DNA of 64,000 nt, taken from NCBI GenBank assembly GCA_025057315.1, contig JANWXW010000134.1, positions 129 through 64,128 of the forward strand, read 5' to 3'. Numbering within the stretch: the stretch's first letter is position 1; each line of letters opens with the position of its first letter. The notes beneath the pieces are model-generated. The model saw only the letters and a list, made by a program, of their open reading frames with translations, was not told where the DNA came from and ran no database searches. The DNA is from Myxococcota bacterium (lineage in GTDB: Bacteria; Myxococcota_A; Polyangia; Palsa-1104; JAEUJZ01). This document shows, one piece after another, positions 1 to 6,799 of this stretch. The position numbers and the translations under genes are program-made.

Positions 1-95
1 ATGGCTGCGCGGCCTGGGGGCAAGGCGCGGCGGCGTGGGCCGATGGCTGCGCGACATGGGGGCAAGGCGCGGCGGCGTGGGCCGATGGCTGCGCC
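1..95. repeat. 42-bp tandem repeat (about 2.3 copies visible; may continue off the window edge)
   Basis: ATGGCTGCGCGGCCTGGGGGCAAGGCGCGGCGGCGTGGGCCG at 1-42, a near-identical copy at 43-84 and a partial copy from 85; lies downstream of the HAO-like gene. Confidence 0.85.
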
Positions 96-219
96 ACCCA
101 GGAACGTCCCAGAGGAGAGAAGCGTGCAGCGCCCGGCCCCTGGGCACATGCCGCCGCGCGGGCGACGCTCCGGCCTCCTCCAGGGTGGCTGCCCCGTTCC
201 GTTCGGACAGGCTCCGCGG

Positions 220-1620
220 CTAGGGGCTGCCGCCGTAGCGCTGTTGGTAAAAGGCGTCGATGCGCGCGCGCTCCTGGGGGGAAAGCCCCTTGCGCCAGGC
301 GTGGCGTGGGTCGCTGTCGATCTGGCGCAGAATCGCCTCCACCGCGGGCACGCCCTGGCCAAGCTTGTGGGCCAGCGGCAGCAGGCGCGTGTAGAAGTTC
401 TCTGCCACCTCGAAGAAGCCGTGCCACTGGGTGTAGTCCGGCCCTTGCATCGAGGCGCCCATGCGCGCCCGCCGGCCCTCATGGTGCCAGAGGCGATAGA
501 AGTGCCACTCGATCTCGTCGTCGAAGGGGGTGTCTGTGATCTTGCCTGCCTCCCGCAGCGCGGTCATCAGGGCCTGCGCGGGAGCGGCGAACTTGTTGTT
601 CCATAGATCGATGCTGTCGTCGTAATTTTTGTAAAAGGCGGCCACGAAGTCCGGGGCGTGGCAGCGCTGGCACACATCCACCATCGCCTCGCGTCGCTGC
701 TCCCAGCCCTCCAGCTTTTGCGAGATCACCGGGCGCAGCGTCCACGAGATGCGCGCCCCTACGTCGTGGGTTACCTTCTGGTTGGGCGTGGCCGACATGT
801 GGCAGGTGGCGCAGGTGGGGGCCGCGCTGTAGTCCTGACCCACCACCCAGCGCTCGGCAGACAAGTTCATCTCGGCCTGGCGCGTGCGGTAGGCGATGCC
901 GTGCTTGCTCTCCTCGTAAATCTCCATCTGCGGATGGTCAGGGCCCATGTGGCACTTGCCGCACACCTCAGGCTGGCGCGCCATGGCCCGCGAGAAGGCG
1001 TGGCGGCTGTGGCACGCCGAGCAGGTGCCGGTGGAACCATCCAGGTTGATCCGTCCGATGCCGGTGTTGGGCCAGGTCGCCGGATCGAGCAGGGGCTTGC
1101 CCGACTTGTCGCGCAGCACCGCGCCGTCTGGGCCCTTGAGCAAGGCCAGCGTCGAGCCATGGCACTGCCAGCAGCCGTTGACCGCGGCCAGTCGGCCCTC
1201 TACCACCTCGCCGAGCACGTTGTCCAGGGAGCCAACGAAGCGGGCCGCCTGGCTGTGGTGGCTGTGGGCGAACTCGGCTGCAATCTCGGCGTGGCACGAG
1301 CCGCAGTCCTTGGGGGTCACCACGGTGGCGATGAGCGCGCCCTCGTGCCGGAACGCGTCCGGGTCCCCCTCGGCGGCGCGGTGGCACTCGAGGCAAGATA
1401 CGCCCAGCTGCGCGTGCTTGCTGTCTGCCCACTGGGCAACAATCGTCGGGGTCTTCTGTTCGTGGCATCGGACGCAGCGCTCGCTGGCACCGCTGGCTAC
1501 GGGCCTGAGCCGCCCGCCCGTCCGCGGCTTGCCGCCCTCCACCCACGCCACCAGCAGCAGCGTGGCCAGCAGGAGCAACGAGAGGATGGCGACAAGGATG
1601 CGTTTGGTTTCCAGGCTCAT
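220..1620 (-). CDS. Octaheme cytochrome c, hydroxylamine oxidoreductase (HAO) family, N-terminal membrane anchor
   Basis: Eight CxxCH motifs (CVRCH, CLECH, CGSCH, CWQCH, CSACH, CGKCH, CATCH, CQRCH); HAO-family segments CHMGPDHPQ..YEESKHG and WHHEGRRARMGASMQGPDYTQWHG; hydrophobic N-terminus. Confidence 0.9.
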   Translation of the reverse strand: MSLETKRILVAILSLLLLATLLLVAWVEGGKPRTGGRLRPVASGASERCVRCHEQKTPTIVAQWADSKHAQLGVSCLECHRAAEGDPDAFRHEGALIATVVTPKDCGSCHAEIAAEFAHSHHSQAARFVGSLDNVLGEVVEGRLAAVNGCWQCHGSTLALLKGPDGAVLRDKSGKPLLDPATWPNTGIGRINLDGSTGTCSACHSRHAFSRAMARQPEVCGKCHMGPDHPQMEIYEESKHGIAYRTRQAEMNLSAERWVVGQDYSAAPTCATCHMSATPNQKVTHDVGARISWTLRPVISQKLEGWEQRREAMVDVCQRCHAPDFVAAFYKNYDDSIDLWNNKFAAPAQALMTALREAGKITDTPFDDEIEWHFYRLWHHEGRRARMGASMQGPDYTQWHGFFEVAENFYTRLLPLAHKLGQGVPAVEAILRQIDSDPRHAWRKGLSPQERARIDAFYQQRYGGSP

Positions 1621-1641
1621 GGTCGGCTCCTCTGCCGCAGG

Positions 1642-2709
1642 TTAGTGCGCGGCCAGCGCCTCCCACACGGTCAAGCCGAGCAGGCACAGCACCGCGCTGG
1701 CGCCAATCCAGACGGACAGTTCGGACCCGGGGCGCCGGCGCCGGATCCACGCATCGACAAAGGGCCACACAAAGGCCAGCAAGGCCACCGCGCCAATGGA
1801 CAGGACAGAGGCGGTAAGACCGACGAGCTTCAGCCAGCGGAAGGTCCAGAAGAAGTACCACTCGGGCTTGATGTGGGCAGGCGTTCTAAGCGGGTTGGCC
1901 GGCTCGCCCAGCCCCGCCGGGAAGAGGATGGCCAGGCAGGACAGCAGAATGACCAGCCCGATGCCCATGATGACCTCGATCAGGACGTGATCCGGATAGA
2001 ACGGATAGGTCTTGTGGCCCTGTGGCCGTGCCCGGTCCCGAGCAAACTCAAAGGGGGTTACGCCATGCAGCCGGACGAGCAGGATGTGCAGCGCGAGCAG
2101 GATCGTGATGGCCGTCGGCAGCACGCCGATGTGAAAGATAAAGAAGCGGGTCAGGGTGTGGTCCCCCACGGCGTCCCCGCCACGCAGCAGGCGTGCCAGG
2201 TGCGTCCCCAACCACGGCACGGCCTCGGTGAGGTTGGTCGCGACCGTGATCCCCCAATAGGAAATCTGCTCGTAGAGAAGCGAGTAGCCAGTGAACCCGA
2301 ACAGGAGCGTTACCCCCAGCAGGCCCATGCCGATCATCCAGTTCAGCTCGCGTGGCCTGCGGTACGCGCCGGTGAAGAAGACGCGCATCATGTGCAGCCA
2401 GACCGCGACGATCATGAAGTGGGATGACCAGCGATGCAGGGAGCGCAAGTACCAGCCGTAAGGGATGTCGTGGGTGATGCGCCGCACCGACTCGTAGGCC
2501 GAAGCGGGCGAGGGCACGTAGTAGAAGGTGAGCAGGATGCCGGTTACCACCTGGACGACAAAGAGCAGCGCCGGCGTGCCGCCCAGGCACCACCACCAGC
2601 GCGCCAGGTGGTTGGGCACCGGCTCGTTGGAGTACACCTTAAGCGCCTCGAGGTCCAGGGGCACCCGCTCGCTCAGCCAGCCCTTGCGCCCTGCTGTGCC
2701 GCTGCTCAT
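1642..2709 (-). CDS. Cytochrome b of a Rieske/cytochrome b complex (b6-like part fused to subunit IV)
   Basis: Heme b ligands SLHRWSSH..WLHMMR and FHIGVLP..LALH; RPRELNW, GFTGYSL and PEWY motifs; WCLGG cysteine; TGATG overlap with the Rieske stop codon. Confidence 0.93.
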   Translation of the reverse strand: MSSGTAGRKGWLSERVPLDLEALKVYSNEPVPNHLARWWWCLGGTPALLFVVQVVTGILLTFYYVPSPASAYESVRRITHDIPYGWYLRSLHRWSSHFMIVAVWLHMMRVFFTGAYRRPRELNWMIGMGLLGVTLLFGFTGYSLLYEQISYWGITVATNLTEAVPWLGTHLARLLRGGDAVGDHTLTRFFIFHIGVLPTAITILLALHILLVRLHGVTPFEFARDRARPQGHKTYPFYPDHVLIEVIMGIGLVILLSCLAILFPAGLGEPANPLRTPAHIKPEWYFFWTFRWLKLVGLTASVLSIGAVALLAFVWPFVDAWIRRRRPGSELSVWIGASAVLCLLGLTVWEALAAH

Positions 2710-3221
2710 CAGAGATGCTCCTCTATCTCGATGAAGATGTTGTCTCCGATGGTCTCGACCGGGTAGCGCCTGAGGTCCTTGCCCTCATCGGCGGGTGGGC
2801 CGCGCAGGGCCTTGCCCTCCTTGCTGAACAGGCCGGCATGGCAGGGGCAGAGGAAGCCTCCCGCTGCCTCGTCCCAGCGCACCTTGCAGCCCAGGTGCGG
2901 ACACACATCGGACAGGGCCACCCACGCTGTGCCGGTGTTGCGGACAATGGCGCTTTGGCCGCCTGGCAGGGTGTAGGAGCGGGTTGCGCCTGGCGGTAGC
3001 TCCGACCGCGGTGCGAGGAAGATGCGGCGGCGTCGCGACAGGCCCTGGCGGGGGTAGAGGTAGCGCAGGACCAGGCGGGCGCCGGCCAGGGCGGAGGCGC
3101 CCAGGGCAGCCAGGGTGGTCAGCGAGACGAGACGAGACAAAAACACGCGACGGGGGGGAGGGGGATGCTCATCGGGGCTCGCTCCCAGCAGAGAAGATGT
3201 CGCCGTCCAGTTGGGGGACAT
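2709..3221 (-). CDS. Rieske [2Fe-2S] protein with Tat signal/anchor
   Basis: CPHLGC and CPCH motifs; RRVFL Tat motif followed by a hydrophobic helix. Start uncertain: in-frame ATG at 3221, or out-of-frame ATG at 3172 followed by a C-run (see findings). Confidence 0.9.
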   Translation of the reverse strand: MSPNWTATSSLLGASPDEHPPPPRRVFLSRLVSLTTLAALGASALAGARLVLRYLYPRQGLSRRRRIFLAPRSELPPGATRSYTLPGGQSAIVRNTGTAWVALSDVCPHLGCKVRWDEAAGGFLCPCHAGLFSKEGKALRGPPADEGKDLRRYPVETIGDNIFIEIEEHL

Positions 3222-3735
3222 GGCACTGTAGGCAGTTTGTCCGCTCCGGGTGGGGCGTGCGCAGGGGGCTGCCGCCACGCAGGCCGTGGCAGGTAAGGCA
3301 GCGGGTGCGCTCCTGCAGCGGATGGGGCAGGGCCGGCGGGGCGGCGGCATGCATGCGCGTGCCGCGGGGCGGGTGGCGCAGGCCGCGGAAGGCATTGAAG
3401 GTGTAGAGCGGGAGGCGCGTGTCGATCTCGATGTGGCACTGCAGGCAGTTTGTCCGCTCCGGGTGGGGCGTCACCGGCGCAAGGGCGCCATCTGGCAGCT
3501 GCAGACCGTCGCGGTGACAGCCCAGGCAGTCGCGCCGCCCGAGCGCATCCACCGGGTGGGGGATGACCGGTGGGGCGCCGTCATAAGGGCGGTGCCGCGC
3601 CCGGTATTGGGCACGCGCCTGGGCATCCCTGGCAGGCCCGGTTGCTTCCCGGCTGCAGGTCAACGCGCTGGCCAAAGCCATCCCCGCCACGGCCAGCAGC
3701 GCCGCCCGCCCCCTGCGCCGCCCCTGTCCCATCAT
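3169..3735 (-). CDS. napB: NapB-like cytochrome c subunit, tetraheme (internally duplicated)
   Basis: YDGAPPVIPH NapB signature; four CxxCH motifs (CLGCH, CLQCH, CLTCH, CLQCH); ATGA overlap with the napA stop; signal peptide with possible lipobox LTC. Confidence 0.85.
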   Translation of the reverse strand: MMGQGRRRGRAALLAVAGMALASALTCSREATGPARDAQARAQYRARHRPYDGAPPVIPHPVDALGRRDCLGCHRDGLQLPDGALAPVTPHPERTNCLQCHIEIDTRLPLYTFNAFRGLRHPPRGTRMHAAAPPALPHPLQERTRCLTCHGLRGGSPLRTPHPERTNCLQCHVPQLDGDIFSAGSEPR

Positions 3736-6089
3736 GCACGCTCCAGGCGCACGGCGCATTTTTTGTAGTCCGGCTCCCGCGAGATCGGACAGGTGGCGTC
3801 GAGCGTGAGCAGGTTGACGAGCACGGCCTCATCGAAGAACGGCACGAACACCAGGCCGCGCCGCGGCACCGAGCGCCCACTGACCGATGCGGTCAGGACG
3901 ATGCTGCCACGGCGGCTCACCAGCCGGGTGCGCGCCCCGTCCGCGATCCCGAGCGCCTCGGCGTCCTCGGGGTGGATCTCGACAAAGGCCCTGGGCACGG
4001 CGCGGTGGAGCTGGGGCACGCGACGGGTGAGGGAGCCGGTGTGCCAGTGCTCGAGCACGCGGCCCGTGCATAGCCAGAAAGGGTAGTCGCGGTCCGGCAC
4101 CTCAGGCGGTGGCTCGTAGGGGCGGGCCCATATGATGGCACGCCCGTCCTCCTTGGTGTTTTTGTAGAACCGGATGCCCTCGCCGGGCTGCACATAGGGA
4201 TCCTCGCCCTCTACATAGCGGCGCCGCGTCTCGCGGCCGCGGACCACCGGCCACCTGAGCCCGCGCGTGGCGACCAGCTCCTCGTGGGATGCTACGTCCT
4301 TGCCGGTGCCCAGGGTGAAGCGGCGGTATTCCTCATAGAGTGCCTGCTCCAACGAGATGCCCTTGTCCCTGGTTTCGGGGAAGTCGAACAGGTGGGCGCA
4401 GCCGGTGCGCCGCGCCACCTCCACGATCTGCCACAGGTCGGTGCGCGCCTCGCCGGGCGGCTCGACCATCTTGTGCCAGTGCTGCGTGCGGCGCTCGGTG
4501 TTGCCGTAGTAGCCCTCCTTCTCCACCCACATCGCCGAGGGCAGCACCACGTCGGCCAGGCGCGTGGTTTCGGTGGGGTAGACGTCAGAGACCACAATGA
4601 AGCGCCCGGGCTTGCTCATCGCCTCGCGGTAGCGCTTGGCGTTGGGCAGGGACTGCATGGGGTTGGTGCACTGGATCCACAGGAACCGGAGGTCGCCGCG
4701 GTCAAGCGCACGGAACATCTCGATGGCGTCGTAGCCCGGCGTGGTGGGGATTTTGTCTGCGGGGACCCGCCAGATCTCCGCCGCCTTCTTCACGTGCTCC
4801 GGGTTGTCGGTCACCATGTCCGCGGGGAGGCGGTTGCACGCCACGCCCACCTCGCGCACCGTGCCGCACGCAGAGGGCTGGCCGGTGAGCGAGAGCGAGG
4901 TGCACCCCGGCCGGCCGATTTTGCCGGTGAGCAGGTGCAGGTTGTGCAACAGGTTGTTCATCCAGGTGCCGCGCGTGTGCTGGTTGACGCCCATCGTCCA
5001 CAGGGACACCACGCGGGTGTGCGGGTCGCCGTAAAGGCGGGCCAGCTCCTCGATCTGCGCCGGGGCCACGCCCGCTAGCGCTGCCACCTTGTCGGGCGCG
5101 TAGTCGGCCAAAAACGCCGCATATTCCTCAAAGGTGATGGGCCGTGGCTCGTCCTTGAACGAGAACCGATCCTCCAGCCCGTAGCCCAGGCCCGTGCGTC
5201 CGGCCTTGAAGGCAACGTGCGCGGCGAGGAAGGCCCTGTCGATCTTGCCGTCGCGCACCAGGCAGTGGGCCACGGCATTGGCCAGCGCCAGATCCCCTTG
5301 CGGCAGGATCGGCAAGAACAGGTCCGCCTGCTCGGTGGTGCGCGTGCGGCGTACCGCGATGTCCACCACCTTGACAAAGGGCTGCCGCGCCTTCCGGTCC
5401 GTGATGCGGCTCCACAGGACCGGGTGCATCTCGGCCATGTTGGCGCCCCACAGGACCAGCACGTCGGCCTCGTCGAGGTCCTCGTAGCAGCCGGCTGGCT
5501 CATCGGAACCAAAGGTGGTCATGTGGCCGCTGACCGCAGAGGCCATGCACAGGCGCGCATTGGCCTCCAGGTTGTTGGAGGACAGGCCCGCTTTCATCCA
5601 TTTGAGTGCGGCGTATCCCTCGGGGATGGTGGACTGCCCAGAGAGATAGAGGCCAATGGCGCCCGGCCCTGCTGCAGCGAGCGCTTCGTTGATCTGGTGG
5701 GCAACCAGGTCGAGGGCCTCGTCCCAGGAGGCACGCACCAGGGGCCCGCCCTTGCGGTGGCGCACCTGGGGGACGGTGAGGCGATCCGCCCCATATAAGA
5801 TGAGGGGCGTGGCATAGCCCTTCACACAGAGCAGCCCCCGGTTCACTGGGTTTTTGACATCGCCCTGGACGCCCACCACGCGGCCGCGCTCGACGCCGAC
5901 CAGCACGCCGCAGCCGGTGCCGCAAAAGCGACACACGCCCTTGTGCCACACCAGGGCTCCATCCGAAGAGGCAGGCGCGCCCTGCCCGGGTCCCCCGGCG
6001 CGCTTGCAGGCAGGCAGACCCGCCAGCGCCGCCCCGTAGGCCGCGGCCTCCGCCAGCTGCAGAAGGAACTGCCGTCGCGTCTCGCTCAT
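3732..6089 (-). CDS. napA: Periplasmic nitrate reductase catalytic subunit
   Basis: Tat motif TRRQFL; [4Fe-4S] motif CRFCGTGC..C; Mo ligand ARLCMASA; WGANMAEMHP; SLTGQPSACGTVREVG; TGRVLEHWHTGS; PDYKKCAV; RBS GGAGG. Confidence 0.96.
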   Translation of the reverse strand: MSETRRQFLLQLAEAAAYGAALAGLPACKRAGGPGQGAPASSDGALVWHKGVCRFCGTGCGVLVGVERGRVVGVQGDVKNPVNRGLLCVKGYATPLILYGADRLTVPQVRHRKGGPLVRASWDEALDLVAHQINEALAAAGPGAIGLYLSGQSTIPEGYAALKWMKAGLSSNNLEANARLCMASAVSGHMTTFGSDEPAGCYEDLDEADVLVLWGANMAEMHPVLWSRITDRKARQPFVKVVDIAVRRTRTTEQADLFLPILPQGDLALANAVAHCLVRDGKIDRAFLAAHVAFKAGRTGLGYGLEDRFSFKDEPRPITFEEYAAFLADYAPDKVAALAGVAPAQIEELARLYGDPHTRVVSLWTMGVNQHTRGTWMNNLLHNLHLLTGKIGRPGCTSLSLTGQPSACGTVREVGVACNRLPADMVTDNPEHVKKAAEIWRVPADKIPTTPGYDAIEMFRALDRGDLRFLWIQCTNPMQSLPNAKRYREAMSKPGRFIVVSDVYPTETTRLADVVLPSAMWVEKEGYYGNTERRTQHWHKMVEPPGEARTDLWQIVEVARRTGCAHLFDFPETRDKGISLEQALYEEYRRFTLGTGKDVASHEELVATRGLRWPVVRGRETRRRYVEGEDPYVQPGEGIRFYKNTKEDGRAIIWARPYEPPPEVPDRDYPFWLCTGRVLEHWHTGSLTRRVPQLHRAVPRAFVEIHPEDAEALGIADGARTRLVSRRGSIVLTASVSGRSVPRRGLVFVPFFDEAVLVNLLTLDATCPISREPDYKKCAVRLERA

Positions 6090-6412
6090 GTTGCCTCCGT
6101 TGGCTCGCCCCCATCGACCAGCACGGAAACCAGGGACACGCCGCGCACGCCCGGCGTCTGCTGGATGCGGCGGAACAGGGCCTCGAAGGCCGTCGCCGTA
6201 CACTCGGTAAGGACCACCAGCCTCCCGTGCGCCGTGCCCGATACCGTGACGCCCCCGATGCCCGCCAGCGCTGCCACCAGGCCGGGGTCATCCTCCCCTT
6301 GTGGGTCGACCAGCAGCGAGGCGATGAGGCGCCCCACCGGGCTGCCCGTAGCAGGGGCCTTGCCGCTTCTGTGGGGAGGCTCGGGCCCCCCCCTGGTACG
6401 CAGGGTCTTCAT
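6086..6412 (-). CDS. napD: NapD chaperone
   Basis: IASLLV...GRLVVLTE...IQQTPGVRGVSLV pattern; immediately upstream of napA with ATGA overlap; RBS GAGG. Confidence 0.8.
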   Translation of the reverse strand: MKTLRTRGGPEPPHRSGKAPATGSPVGRLIASLLVDPQGEDDPGLVAALAGIGGVTVSGTAHGRLVVLTECTATAFEALFRRIQQTPGVRGVSLVSVLVDGGEPTEAT

Positions 6413-6581
6413 CCCTACCTCGCGCTGTAGTTGCTTGCCAGCAAGAATGGAGCCATTCGGGGCAGCGAGACGAGGGCTTGCAAGGATGGGAGCAGGGTTT
6501 GCGTGGTGGCGTTGCGCGCGTGCAAATCTTGCGGATGAGCCGGGGGTGGAGGCCAGCCGCGGCAGAGGGCTAGGACATCCC

Positions 6582-6694
6582 GGTTTTCTGGTCAGGGGGG
6601 CCTGGATGGCTCTGTCCCCGGCCATCAGGTGGTCGTTCGCCTGGGCTGGCCCTGGATGGTTTTCTGGTCAGGGGGGCCTGGATGGCTCTGTCCC
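6582..6694. repeat. Two identical 37-bp direct repeats separated by 39 bp
   Basis: GGTTTTCTGGTCAGGGGGGCCTGGATGGCTCTGTCCC at 6582-6618 and 6658-6694, in the divergent intergenic region upstream of napD. Confidence 0.85.
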
Positions 6695-6799
6695 GGTCCG
6701 GCTCGTTCTGGGCTGCTTGGTTGCGCGCGGCATCTGCTGATCGCTCTGCATGGCCCTGTGCTAGAGTGCTGGCCAGCCTATGCCCCATGGGAGGAGCCC

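Noticed and set aside
1-606. 201-aa plus-strand ORF at the window start
   Set aside because: Consists of the translated 42-bp repeat plus antisense of the HAO-like gene
658-2427. Long opposite-strand or alternative-frame ORFs (also 12235-14556, 12882-15110, 20342-22861, 25906-27744 and others)
   Set aside because: Shadow ORFs of real genes in high-GC DNA; Arg/Pro/Ala-rich and motif-free
6425-6445. Sigma54 promoter for the nap operon (TGGCAAGCAACTACA on the minus strand)
   Set aside because: The -24 element matches but the -12 TTGC is absent
6582-6694. Mini CRISPR array (37-bp repeat, 39-bp spacer)
   Set aside because: Only two repeats, no cas genes or AT-rich leader, no typical repeat terminus, and the spacer shares a motif with the repeat
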